Source: Octopus bimaculoides
Taxonomy: Eukaryota
Assembly (NCBI RefSeq): GCF_001194135.2
Contig: NC_068984.1
Span: 53,776,645-53,823,171 of the forward strand
Length of the DNA: 46,527 nucleotides
Reading direction: 5' to 3'
Positions 1-11,560 of this stretch are shown here, piece by piece (position 1 is the stretch's first letter; the number at the start of each line of letters is the position of its first letter). The notes beneath the pieces were generated by a model. It was not told the origin of the DNA. It saw only the letters and a program-made list of their open reading frames with translations, and searched no databases. The position numbers and the translations under genes were made by a program.

Positions 1-25
1 TATATATATATATATATATATATAT
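1..25. repeat. (TA)n microsatellite at window edge
   Basis: Perfect TA run. Confidence 0.95.
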
Positions 26-660
26 GGGGCATAAATGGTCGTGGTGAAGCGTGGTGTATACCATCTAATAACGACATAACGACTCCGTTCAGAAGGCTGG
101 AATAATGCATATAATGTTCCAGTAAGGGAAAAGAGAAAGACACAACCGAATAGAATGTTCAAGTGAGGTTTTATTGATATGTTAACTTGTGTGTGCGTCA
201 TGTATACAGAATAATAGACAGGCCATCATGAGAACAAAGAGTATGTGTGTATAGACATGGATGTATGCGTGTGCGTTAACTACATATAAGAGCAACGATG
301 AAGAGAACAGTGAGAGAGTCTATAATGAGAAGTTCGACGAATGTTCATAGACACAAGAATGAAAAATATCAGTTCGTAGTCAATTGTACACGGTAGTTGA
401 AATACTGTATCAAGAAATTGCGGCGATGATGCAGAACCCGTTGCCGTACATGTTGTACGTGAAGTTGTGGCTGTAATACTGCTGCCAGGGTCACCTGTAC
501 AGGAGTTCTCGCAGTTTGTATATTTGCTGTTAACGGTGAAATAATTCACGAACAGTGCTGTGTTGAAACCTGTGTTAGTTGCTGGTTGCTGTGTACGTAG
601 AAATGATGGGTATGAACATCAATACGTATTTTTAAGCAGATGGTATAAAGACATGTATGT
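26..660 (-). other. CpG-rich unclassified segment between microsatellites, possibly an LTR or TE end
   Basis: More CpG than the flanks. The minus strand has AATAAA (~170) and ends ...GCCCCA at the TA run. No second LTR, PBS or protein motif seen. Confidence 0.2.
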
Positions 661-760
661 GTATACATGTATACACAAGTGTGTTTGTGTGTGCTGTATA
701 TATATATGTGTGTGCGCGCGCTCGCGTACTGAATACATATTTATATATATACACACACAC

Positions 761-819
<59 letters not shown>

Positions 820-820
820 C
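761..820. repeat. (AGAT)n tetranucleotide microsatellite with AC/GT flanks
   Basis: Direct inspection. Confidence 0.95.
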
Positions 821-904
821 ACACATGTATACACACATGTATACACACATACACGTCTTTACGCTATACGCTTTAAAAATCCGTGTTGATGTCCATGCCC
901 CATA

Positions 905-1020
905 ATGTAGCAGTTGAACAAATAGAATCGATAAAATGTATATCAGACTCAAAGAGAATTACTGGGATCCATATTATTGACTAAACCCTTAAAGGTGGTG
1001 CCCCAGCAGCCGTACACTTC
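905..1020 (+). mobile_element. Degenerate 3' half of SINE family A
   Basis: Matches the ATAGAAT..CTGGG..GACTAAA..GGTGGTGCCCCAGCA motif string of the fuller copies at 15900-16016 and 10800-10935. Confidence 0.55.
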
Positions 1021-1329
1021 GAATGATGCTTTTTATTGGGTTGGCCGGCACTTTGGGGTCTAACTCTAAAAGCTTCTACTGGGTAGCCCGGCGTGTGGGT
1101 GGGGTTTGTCTCAAACTCTTGGTCGGCTTCAAGCGGCACACACTCTAGCTACGCCGCTGTCACAGTCCATCTTTTGTTTATGAGGTATTTTGTAGCAATC
1201 TTCTGATCTTGGATTGCAAGCGCATAGCTTTCGAAATGTGATATAATGCACAGGTTTGGAGCTTATGTATTGATTTTTCACTTTTGACAATGAAATACGA
1301 AAATTTTGTTATGCCAGTTGAAAATATTA

Positions 1330-1400
1330 TCAATTCCAGCTTTTCTTTGTTTGTTTGTTTGTTTCTTTCTTTCTTTCTTTCTTCTTCCTTCCTTCTTTTT
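1330..1400. repeat. (TTTG)/(TTTC)n low-complexity repeat
   Basis: Direct inspection. Confidence 0.9.
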
Positions 1401-1599
1401 TCTTTCTTTCTTTCTTTTGGCATTGTAAGCATAGATGTTCAGCTCATCTCTCGTCCACAAAGAAATTATTTGTTATATTAGTATCTTTAACAGTTGTAGA
1501 CCCTAGCACGTAGCCATTAGATTTTTGTGAAAGAAATGATAAATGGATTTAATGCCAGAATAAACAGAATTACAAAAAGATTGTCTCATTGGAATATTC

Positions 1600-1832
1600 T
1601 TTTCTACTCTAGCCACAAAGCCCGAAAATTTTGGGGAGGCGGCCAGTCGATTAGCTCGACTCCAGTACGCAACTGGTACTTAATTTATCGACCCCGAAAG
1701 GATAAAAGGCAAAGTCAACCTCGGGGGAATTNNNNNNNNNNAGGATAAAAGGCAAAGTCAACCTCGGGGGAATTTGAACTCAGAACGTAAAGACAGACGA
1801 AATACCGTTAAGCATTTCGCCCGGCGTGCTAA
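1600..1832 (-). mobile_element. SINE family B (tRNA-like head; GAGTTCAAATTCC B-box; GGGGTCGATAAATTAAGTACCAG core)
   Basis: Near-identical to the copies at 15092-15319 and 25303-25500. Contains a 10-N gap (1732-1741) flanked by duplicated sequence. Confidence 0.85.
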
Positions 1833-1834
1833 TA

Positions 1835-2071
1835 TCTCATTAGACTATTTCCTTTGAAACATTTATAGCTTTGGAGACGAACGTTCTGTGTCCAGTTGTA
1901 AGTGTAAGGATTGCCGAGGTCTTTCTGGCCTCTCAGTGTCGGTACTTTTTCCAAGTGCAGAGACCACAACAAGCATGTGTGACGAATAGAATTGAATGCT
2001 TTCCAATTATCAAGCCATACTACACAAGGTTTCTGCGATGTTTTCTCCGTACAACACGCTTTGTTTATCAA
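1835..2071 (-). pseudogene. Non-LTR reverse transcriptase fragment (motif-3 region), R4/Dong-like
   Basis: LINKACCTEKTSQKPCVVWLDNWKAFNSIRHTCLLWSLHLEKVP resembles the LIDKA...AWIDYKKAYDSVPHSW block of R4/Dong RTs. Confidence 0.55.
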
Positions 2072-2254
2072 AGCGTACTAGTGTGTGCGTGCGTGTGTGT
2101 GTTGCAGACTTTTTGTGTGTACATACATATATACTCGCACATGTGTGTGTAAGCGATGTATGTGTGTGAGGGGGAGAGGGAGAAAGACAAAACTGAGTTT
2201 TGATGGACCTATTTCTGGTGGTGAACTCCGCAGTTTTTGCTTGTTTCTTTGGTC

Positions 2255-2445
2255 ATTGTTGCTGTTGTTTAGTCCCAAATCAGTTCTGTTTGAAAGCATT
2301 TCAGCCATAACCAGTCCATCTTTTTGCCGAGGTACATTATCCATTATCTCTTTTTTATTCTTTTCTAAAACAGTAAAATGTGATTTAAGAAAAAGTTGGC
2401 TCTGATTTCTAGCAGGTCTAGCTTCCACATAGGGGTTCCTGCACT
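2255..2445 (-). mobile_element. Dispersed repeat family C (retroposon-like, (AAC)n tail on minus strand)
   Basis: GTTGTTTAGTCCC...GGTACATTATCCA...GTGTGATTT..GATTTCTAGCAGGTC. Homologous segments at 3845-4080, 7975-8050, 8780-8830, 9960-10145, 11610-12030, 14345-14730, 16600-16690, 20890-21050 and 25895-25980. Confidence 0.7.
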
Positions 2446-2700
2446 GACTTGTTATATCTGGTGCTAGATTGTTCAGATAGTGTGTGACTGTTAGTGTGCA
2501 TGTTCTGTGCCTCCATGTTGATTTGAATACCATTGTTTTATAATTGATTGATAGACTTTTTCCTGAGTAAGTATGAATTTATCGGGCATTTTTTTTTTCT
2601 TTGTGAGTATTTGGAAAAACTGCCGTTGTTTTACACAAGGTTAACCGCAATCAACCAGACCTACGATAAAAAGCATTACAGTGGAGAAACATCTTTAATT

Positions 2701-3149
2701 GGTAAATTTTTTGAGTAACACCCGCACGATTTTCACTAAGAAAAAAAAACTTGCATTTTTTGTGTGCAATCAAGTGCCCTGACCTCCTAATATGCTGCAA
2801 ATCCCTTATTTTTGTCTGGAAGAAGTGGGGTGCGAGGGGGGACTCCCTCCTCCACGTCCCGGAATCATTGGAATATTTTTGTTTTTTTCGTTGAATGAAT
2901 TCCTGTGACTTTCTAATATACTACAAAACCCTTTTTGGGATCGGAAAAACGGGGTTGGTGAGGTGGAAACTTCGGAAATTTCAACCCTTTTCCCATCCAT
3001 TGATCTTTTCACCAGCACGATTTTCACTAAGGAAAAAAAGCAACTCGGATTTTTTGCGTGGAATCAAGTACCTTGACTTCCTAATATGCTGCAAATCCCT
3101 TATTTTGGTTCGGAAATGGGGGAGAGGGGTGTTACTCAAAAACTTTACC
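2701..3149. mobile_element. Non-autonomous DNA transposon (MITE), Merlin-like
   Basis: 23-bp TIRs GGTAAA(T/G)TTTTTGAGTAACACCC (22/23 match; 2701-2723 and 3127-3149). Perfect 8-bp TSD CTTTAATT (2693-2700, 3150-3157). Internal ~107-bp direct repeats at 2724-2830 and 3015-3122. Confidence 0.85.
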
Positions 3150-4388
3150 CTTTAATTTAGGTATAGTGATGGTGCTTGGGTAATCATCGTCCTAGGCCAG
3201 CCTTACAATGCGCGCTCCCGTCTCCCTGTTGAAATTCTTTGATAAATACAACCAAAAGCAACAGCTTATTACATTTGTTACAATTGTTTCATACTGAACT
3301 ATTAATAGTTTAACAATTGACATTGTATCAATAGATCAGCTGATGATGATTCAATTTTCTGCTACTACTAAAGCATTGTTCCGGGAGTGACTTCACCTAC
3401 ACTCTTTATCACGAAGTTTACGTGTTTTTCATTGGATTAAGAAATTTTGTCCAAGTTATTGAAAATTTGAGTCATAACCCATGAATTTAGCTCCCTAGGC
3501 GGTCTCCTGGTGTGTTTAATGCGCAGCATTAGCCCTGTTAAGACTACATTATCCAGTGTAACTATCATTTAAAAAAAAGGTAACAATTCGAGGGAAAGTG
3601 GGCTATGACTCGTCTTCAGGCACACATAAAAAATTTCAGGGTAATTTATCGTTAGGCATGCCATTCAAAAAGTCACGCGAATAGTAGTTTGCTCACAACT
3701 GGTGTAGAGCTTGCGTGGGTATCTTGTTTGTACCAGAGGTGAATTGGAAACATATCTATGCTGAGAAAAATACAAATTTATAAGGCATGTAATTGGAGAT
3801 TGTGTGAATGTTTGCTAAGATTCATACATTTATTTAACCACAGATGAGCCCTAGTCTGAGCAGACCTATGATCAAAACTGGTATCATCTTAAGGTATTCT
3901 ATGAGTACTGCTGCGCCAGGATCCGGGAACCCAAAGGCCCATAGGACCATGGAAAATATTTCGTCATATTTTGTTAGGAATGGTGGCCTATCTCTTCGGT
4001 ACAATACCCGGACCTACGGGCATCTAAAGATAGCCCTGATCAAAGGTGTTCCAACTATGATTGTCACGTCTTTCTCTCGGTTATTGCATATCTAAGATTA
4101 CACTATGCATTATAGATCTGGATTTTTAAGGCAGTATGGTGTAAGTTGGGAAAAATTAGCCTCTCTTTTTAGCAGAGAAAGCAACCACTTTTTATTGCTA
4201 TTTTGTTTTCATCTAGAAGTGGTGGATATTAAAAATTTAAGTACTCGTGGTTTTCTTTTAGATTCTGTCGTTAAAATATATATATATTGTATGTCATATG
4301 CTATTTTATTGGTTAGGTAAGGGTCAATGTGATTTTAAGATTTATTTTCCTTGTTTATTATATCTACACAGCAATTTGTAAACAACTG

Positions 4389-4419
4389 CATTGGTTATAG
4401 ATGTCTAACGAGCCAATCA
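4389..4419. promoter_or_regulatory. Pair of oppositely oriented CCAAT boxes (possible NF-Y sites)
   Basis: CATTGGTT at 4389-4396 and AGCCAATCA at 4411-4419 in non-repeat sequence. Motif match only. Confidence 0.2.
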
Positions 4420-5160
4420 CTGGTTTATTGCATTTACGACTGCCTTTATGATTAACAAGGGTAGGTATGTCGCAGATTTTTATTCGCTATTTATATCTTT
4501 CACCAAAAGATATTCACACAACACGCTAGTCACATACGTGTGTGTGTGTAGAGAGAAAGAAAGAGAGAGGGGGAGAGGGAGATAAGTAGATCGATCGATC
4601 AATAGATAGATAGATATTATGGCCTCCGTTTAAAGACAAGTGTACATTGATGAGTAAACATTATTTCTCTTACGATTCAAACTATACATGAATAAAAAGT
4701 GAATATTAAACTATTTTAAACGATGTGAGTTTAAGCACGAACATTTTAATTAACACCATACAATTATTGCTTGTTATTAATAAGACTTCAGTGAGTTTTG
4801 AACCACTAATTTAATATAATGTTCAGTCATCCTTCGATAGCTGTAGGAATTAATCCAGTGAGGAACAACAACAATTCGTATTTGTTTTCGAAGACTTCAT
4901 GTACATGGAGTATTTATTCCGATCCGAGATGAGAGCATTTTACACAGCCTATATATTAATATTGAACAGAACAGAATGAAAGTTGAATAAGAAAAGGTTT
5001 TTGCCTTTTCGCCTTCCATAAATGGTATAGAGGATTTAACAAACTTCAAATCAACGCGGGGTTGTCCAGTAGCAGAAACAGAGATATTGAAGACATAATT
5101 AGTTGCAGGCCAGAAAAGGATGTTACTTGGTTGTGCACGTCTTTTTATATCTAGCTAACG

Positions 5161-5175
5161 AGCGCCACCTAGTTA
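5161..5175 (-). promoter_or_regulatory. CTCF-like motif
   Basis: AGCGCCACCTAGTTA; its reverse complement contains ACTAGGTGGCGC, close to CCACYAGRKGGCGC with two mismatches. Confidence 0.25.
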
Positions 5176-5364
5176 TCTTCCAGGGGAAATAACTCTAGAT
5201 GACGCTCCATGACGACACTGGATTCAAATACGGTTGCCTACAAGACCATGAAAATGAACGTCACTTAATTTAAGAGCATTTAAATATATTTTAATTCAAA
5301 TAGAAATATTGCAATCGATATTATAAACTGTGAGACAAACTCTTAATAAGTATTTGATTGTGTC

Positions 5365-6017
5365 CAAGGCGAGATTTAGACTTAATGGGATCCCTAGACC
5401 AATAGGTTGTGGGGGAGGCTATGATTTTGGTAATTCATAATATTTGATAATAGAGTGTCCCATTAAATCTAGAGGTCCCAGAAAGCTTCAAGAGGCCCCT
5501 AAACTTAAAAGGGTGTCTGTAGATTGAGTGAGACTCAGTTAAATTTAATGGCTTTTTAAAACTAAAAAGACTCAATAAATCAAGAGGGCTCAGTAATTTT
5601 AACCCTTTAGCATTTAAACTGGTCATACTCAGCCCAAATATTCTACCTACTTTATGCTCAAATCGGCCAGTTCTGGTCCCTCACATCTATCCTACAGTGT
5701 CAGTCTGAAGATATACAATCATACCATCAAAGTCTTCAGGCTGCAAGATAATACATGGTCAATTCAAAACAATGTGAATAAATAACCATTACATTTGACA
5801 GTGTAATCTGAATGCTAAAGAGTTAAAGGAATTCTACTGGATTAAATAATATTTAAACCAGGAAAAACAAATTACAAATAATTTATTTGATTACTGTTAA
5901 TATATCCTTTTAATTTTTAACTCCAATCTTTTGGCTTCTCTGAGTTAAAGGCTCCCACTATCATTTAAACTTGTGGTGGGCGGCCTGGACCATGGCTCTT
6001 ACATAAATCCAGCCTTG
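5365..6017. mobile_element. hAT-like MITE hosting a piggyBac-like MITE
   Basis: 14-bp TIRs CAAGGC(GA/TG)GATTTA (12/14). Degenerate 8-bp TSD ATTGTGTC / ATTATATC. Internal GGCCCC-type motifs. Confidence 0.65.
5603..5822. mobile_element. piggyBac-like MITE family P1
   Basis: TTAA TSD on both sides; TIRs CCCTTTAGCATT / AATGCTAAAGAG. Homologous to 8545-8767 and 17173-17397. Confidence 0.85.
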
Positions 6018-6448
6018 ATTATATCATCCAAATATATGTTGTAATAGATAAATGAAAGAAACTCTTTTGAGAATTGTCAAGGTATGTGCTACATGCGTTT
6101 ACCGGGAGTTTACCAGGCAATCAGAAGGCTTAAATCTGAGAGCAGCACATAAATTCTGAATGGCTTATACAAAATTTGTTAATCCAACAGAAACTTTGAT
6201 AACTTAGCACTAAAGGAAGCAGATGAACTCACTCATCCAGCAAAGAAGAATGGAGGTCAGTAGAGAGGGGTGACATACAGTGTTTATGATTTGTCACCAT
6301 CAAAATTTGCCTCATAACAGATTAACCAGTGATATGCAATATCAGTTAGAATTTTTCAACTGCATTTTTCTGCTAAAGTAAAAAGACTGAAGAAAAGTTG
6401 TCAAAAAAGTTGGGAAAAGGAACTAATGTTGTTCGACAGGATGAAAAA

Positions 6449-6675
6449 AGTGCATATTGTAGGGCTAGAAGAAGGGGTGCACATTGTAAAACCGGTATAA
6501 GGAGCTTCACATTGCAGGCTTGGAAGAAGGAGGAACTTGTAGAAATGAGAAAAAGGCTGGGACAATATAGAACTTGAAAAAGAGGATGAACATTATAGGA
6601 ATGAGAAAAGTAGGCATACATTGTAGTGTTGGGAGAAGTGAATTTACATTGAAAGGCTGGAAGTGGGAGTACACC
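6449..6675. repeat. Degenerate ~28-bp minisatellite (GTGCACATTGTAGGGCTGGAAGAAGGA-like unit)
   Basis: About 7-8 diverged units with recurring (A/C)CATTG...GGAAG motifs. Confidence 0.65.
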
Positions 6676-6840
6676 TGATGAACTGGATTGTTATCTGTAT
6701 CTATGAAACATCATGTAATGCGAAGCTGAAGCAACCTATTTAGAAACACTTTTAAATCTCACAACAGCTGTTGTGTACTATTTCCATTCATTTGCATGCA
6801 CACACACACACACATACACTGTGTATGAATGTATATACAG

Positions 6841-6965
6841 GCCTCTACATAGTTTCCTTTGCTAAATTTCACTCATTGGCCAACCCTAGGCTATGGTAGA
6901 GACATTTGCCCATACAATATCATACAGTGAGATTGAAATAAACTTCTTTACCAAATAACCATGCA
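6841..6965 (-). mobile_element. Degenerate head of SINE family A
   Basis: Reverse complement of the TGGCTGTGTGGTAAG...GGGCAAGTGTCTTCTACTATAG head. Confidence 0.6.
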
Positions 6966-7049
6966 TTTATCTGTCTATCATTTTCTCCTCTCTCTCTCTC
7001 TGTCTGTCTGTCTCTCTTTCTTTCTCTTTCTGCTGAAAACTGCATGGCA

Positions 7050-7250
7050 ATCTCAATAGTGGAGGTGACATGAGAAAAGCACCTAATACCTGCAGTGAAG
7101 TGGTTGGTATTACAAAGGGCATCTAGTCATAAAAACCATGCCAAAACAGACATTGGAGCTTGATGCAGTCCTTGGACACATTAGTTACTGTCCAACCATC
7201 CAACCTATGCCAACATGGAGCATGGACATTTTTTGATGATGATGATTATG
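7050..7250 (+). mobile_element. Short retroposon with RTE-type tail
   Basis: GGTTGGTATTACAAAGGGCATCTAG...CCAACCTATGCCAACATGGAG..(GAT)n. Related to the 34929-35130 tail; similar short copies at 12145-12262 and 43185-43325. Confidence 0.6.
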
Positions 7251-7621
7251 ATGTATCTGATTGTGGGAAAAAATACAGGTGTTGTTTTGAAGTACTAATA
7301 TGTAAATTATCAACTGTATACCAAACATAAACTGTTTCAATATGATTGTATATTATTTACTAGTGTTTTGATATCTGAAAGTAAGATATAGTTCATGAAG
7401 TTTCTTGATGTGAAGAGAGGTAGTTGTATACTAGTTGTTTAAATACTGATGATTAAAATAGTCACAAAACCTCAAATTTTAGTGAAGTATATAAATGATT
7501 TTAATCAGTTCCACAAAACATGACTGGATGGATGAATGGCAAAAATTAGACCTTTATCCCTAAAATATTCCAGTGGATAAAACAAGAATAATTCCCTTGA
7601 ATATTTTGGACACGTTGAAAG

Positions 7622-7900
7622 CAGTGTGGTGGCAGAATCATAAGCATGTTTGTCCTTGTTTGTCCCCTCTTTGTTTAGCCCCTTGTGGGCAATAAAGAAA
7701 TAAGAATCAAAAGCATGCCAGGCAAAATACTTGGTGGCATTTCCTCCGTCTTTACGTTCTGAGTTCAAATTCCACTTAGGTCAACTTTATCTTTCATCTT
7801 TTTGGGGTTGATAAAATAAGTACCAGTTGAGTACTGGGGATCAGTGTAATCAACTTATCTCCTACCCCAAAGTTGCTGGCCTTGTGCCAAACTTTGAAAC
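7622..7900 (+). mobile_element. SINE family B, interrupted by a 55-bp truncated retrocopy (7649-7703)
   Basis: Head GGTGGCAGAATC, B-box GAGTTCAAATTCC. Insert flanked by GAATCATAAGCATG / GAATCAAAAGCATG. Confidence 0.8.
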
Positions 7901-8054
7901 CAGTATTTTGAACAAGCTGCTGTGATTGTTGTTCATATAAGGGTGACAGGCTTGGTTATTTTTATAAGAGTGATAGCTGTTGTTGTGGTTATTTGTTGAC
8001 TCCTACCAAGCTGACTCTGTAATCTAAGGTATTCCCACCACAATCATCCTCACT

Positions 8055-8512
<458 letters not shown>

Positions 8513-8544
8513 AAAGAAACATAATGAAACTTTGGCCACATTAA

Positions 8545-8767
8545 TCATTTAGCTTTTAAACTGGTCATATCAAGCCTAAATTTTCTACCTGTTTTATGAC
8601 GAAATTAGACAGATCCAGCCTCCAACTCCTATTCTACAATTTAATTTCAAAAATAAACAATCACATCATTGAAATCTTAAAGCTACAAGATAATGCATGA
8701 TTAATTTGAAACAGTGTGAATTAAAACTGTGAATTACATTTGACCAAATAATCTGAATGCTAAAAGG
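8545..8767. mobile_element. piggyBac-like MITE family P1 (degenerate)
   Basis: Colinear with 5603-5822; right TIR AATGCTAAAAGG. Confidence 0.75.
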
Positions 8768-8989
8768 TTAGCAAATAAAATGGTAGGGTGTAGTTTGAGG
8801 GATATTTGGCTTCTAACTCTAGTCTTACGAGTAACCCTACAGAGGCTCTGTTATTTGTTAAAACTCATCTTTATGTGGTTTATTTGATGTAGGGATGAGG
8901 TCGTTGAGTTTTGGTTTTTTAAACCATATTTGGAATATGTATGTTTGCTGGATATACTTCACACTGTTCCAAACTTTTTTTTTCAAACA

Positions 8990-9102
8990 TACTGCTACTA
9001 CCACTACTGCTGCTACTGTTGCTGCCATCATCACCATTATCACCACCAACACCACTGCTATGGCCACCACCACCTCTACTGCTGCTGCAACCACTACTAC
9101 CA
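8990..9102. repeat. Degenerate trinucleotide repeat (CTA/CCA/CTG)
   Basis: Direct inspection; explains the overlapping low-complexity ORFs. Confidence 0.9.
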
Positions 9103-9394
9103 ATTTTTAAATTACTAGAGTGTAGTCAAAGGGAAATTTGATTACAATTTCTAGCAGATCAAATACTCCGCATAAACTCCTTCATTGGTTCATTTACATA
9201 GATTTAAGTAGACTGGTGTCGGTATTTTGTATCATGTTGCATGTGTACGAAGTATGTGATAGTCACAGCTTATAAAATTTTTAGTTGTGTTAATTTTGGT
9301 TTGACTTGTAAGTTTATTTGGTTTTGCTATTTTGCTCACTAAAATTAGTTTGTTTCTAACATTTCTAGATGTGTTTGTAGTATTTTTTTTCGAT

Positions 9395-9720
9395 GAGTGC
9401 TGTGATAAGAGGCTTGCTTCTCAACTATGAGATCTTGAGTTCTATCTTATTGTATAAGCACATTGGGCAAATGCCTTCTACTAAAGCCCTTGGCTGATCA
9501 AAGATTTGTGAATGGATTTAGTGGATGGGAACTGAAAAAAACCCGGCCTAGTGGTTAGGGGTGTTTGACTCAGCTCATGGTTATGTCCTAGGTTCAATTC
9601 CTTGACCAGAAAAGGCAACATTTCATATTACTTCAGTATATTCAGCTGTAAATGTGTACTGGCTATGTATTGGTGCAGCTCTCTTTCACTCCAACTCTCA
9701 CATACTGGATATGCAGCTGG
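9395..9720 (+). mobile_element. SINE A head (9395-9543) followed by another tRNA-headed SINE (9544-9720)
   Basis: CORE-like GGGCAAATGCCTTCTACTA; second head GGCCTAGTGGTTAGG...GGTTCAATTCC. Confidence 0.6.
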
Positions 9721-10536
9721 GTCAAAGGTGAATGGGGGAGGGGTGCTGAAAAGATGCCTATACTTACCTATGACTACCTAGGTTTCTAAACTATGGTGCC
9801 TACTAGGTTGTGAATGATGGCTTTATTATTCTTTGTATATTTGAAAACTGTTTAAATCTTAAATCATTAATGGTGTAAACTATAAAATTCCTAGATTTAA
9901 ATGACAAAACAAAAGACTAGACTCTATTGTGCATATGAGAATACTTAGCATAATTTTATTATAATCAACTCTGATGGAGCAAACCTTTAACAAAGGCATT
10001 ACAATCATGAGTACCCTTTCCTTTTTTAGGAGTATGTATGTAGGACTATATTACTTAATATAAAATTGCTAGGTGTGATTTCAAACAGATTTGGTTACTA
10101 TTTCTAGGAGATTAAGAAACCATATGGGGCTAATTTAGCATATTTAAAGTTATGACAACAGTTAGTATTTCTCATTTACACAATCATTGTTCTTGTTCCT
10201 TTGCTGTAGATCAGTTCTTGGTGTTTTTAGCCATAGCTGTCCTATCTTTGATGTAAAGAGAGAGATTTGGTCTCTTCTTCAAGCAGAAGAAGAACCCTCT
10301 ATAATGGTTCTTCTAAGCTTGTGATTTACACGGTTCTTCTTTTAGGAAAAATAACATCTTGAAGAAGAATAAGAAAATATATGAACTGACAAAAACTGAT
10401 TTCAGAACTAAGAAGGCATGGCAATGCATGTACATTTGATGCATTACCATCTGAAGACTGCTTTGATATTTAAGAAACTTAAGAATACATTATTAGATTG
10501 CTATTAACCCTTTTACATGGAAATCAGATATATTCT

Positions 10537-10935
10537 GGTGTGGCTGTGTGGTAAGAAGTTTGCTTCCTAACCATATGGTTCTGGATTCAGTCTCATTGTG
10601 TGCCACCTTAGGCAACTGTTTTCTCCTATAGTCTTGGCCTGACCAAAGGCTTGTGAGTGGATTTGTGGTTGATGGAAACTGAAAGAAGCCTGTTGTATAT
10701 ATATATATCTATGTGTATGTATCTTTGTGTGTGTGTTTGTTTCCTACTACTCCTTGCCAACCAGTGTTGTGTGTTTACGTCCCCATAACTAAGCATTTCA
10801 GCAAAGAGACTGATAGAATAAGTACCAGGCTTTAAAAATAAGTACTGGAGCTGATTCATTCGACTAAAAGAATTCTCCCAAGGCAGTCCCTCTGCATGAT
10901 CACAGTCTAATGACTGAAACAAGATAAATGATAAA
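10537..10935 (+). mobile_element. Full-length SINE family A
   Basis: Colinear with 8055-8512 and 15611-16016. Confidence 0.9.
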
Positions 10936-11239
10936 GATACTCAAAATTTCATTACACTTAAATGTGTAAAGCAGTTTTATATTCAAATCTGTTTTTGTTG
11001 AGAATTGTCATGTTTGAAAATATCTTTTATTGAAGTATGTCAAGTTCATTATGAGATAAGGTGACTTTCAGGGAATACCAATTCTATTGTTGATAATTAA
11101 CATCATTATGGAAATAGCCATGAAACTGAATTATACAGTTGAAGGGTTAAAATGATTCTATGATTGGTTTGGCTTGAACATTCAACTTCTAATAGAATTG
11201 TAAGAGTGAAATACTGACATTACTCTTCTCTATCTGTTG

Positions 11240-11560
11240 TGGTTGTGTGCCAGAGTTTGTGTCTTCAGTAACAATTTGCTTGCTCATTTCTCAATATCGT
11301 CTGTCAATATTTTTGGTCTGTCTACCTCTCCATAGTTTCTTAGAGAATGGTCGTTGCACTGGCTTATACCATCTCAGTTTTCTGTGTTTCATCGTTGTGA
11401 GAAAGTATTCATATGAGCCAATGCGATGCTGGTTTTGCAAATCTATAGATTTGGGATGTGGTTCAAGTACAAAATGCTTAAGATGTTGTGGTAGCATCTC
11501 AATTCTGGTACATGTATCTTACTCTGTATCTCTGCAATAAGAATCCATTTCTTTGACTGA
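11240..11560 (-). pseudogene. RTE/BovB-type LINE ORF2 C-terminal fragment
   Basis: Across frames CYHNILSILYLNHIPN...IGSYEYFLTTMKHRKLRWY...RGRQ, matching the CYRxIL.I.Y.DH.TN...LLT.VKRRKL.WYGH...RGRQ pattern. Confidence 0.7.

Noticed and set aside
2078-2533. 151-aa minus-strand ORF that looks like an exon
   Set aside because: It mostly overlaps repeat family C and a GT microsatellite.
3844-4095. 83-aa ORF after an acceptor-like site
   Set aside because: It contains family C repeat segments (GAGCAGACCTATGATCAAA; CCCTGATCAAAGG) and has no recognisable homology.
4372-4460. Exon-like segment with FVNNCIGYR resembling the DHHC palmitoyltransferase motif
   Set aside because: All three frames hit stops, and the DHHC residues and neighbouring exons are absent.
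6190-6255. Open AG...GT-bounded segment NFDNLALKEADELTHPAKKNG
   Set aside because: Weak splice sites and no supporting context; indistinguishable from chance.
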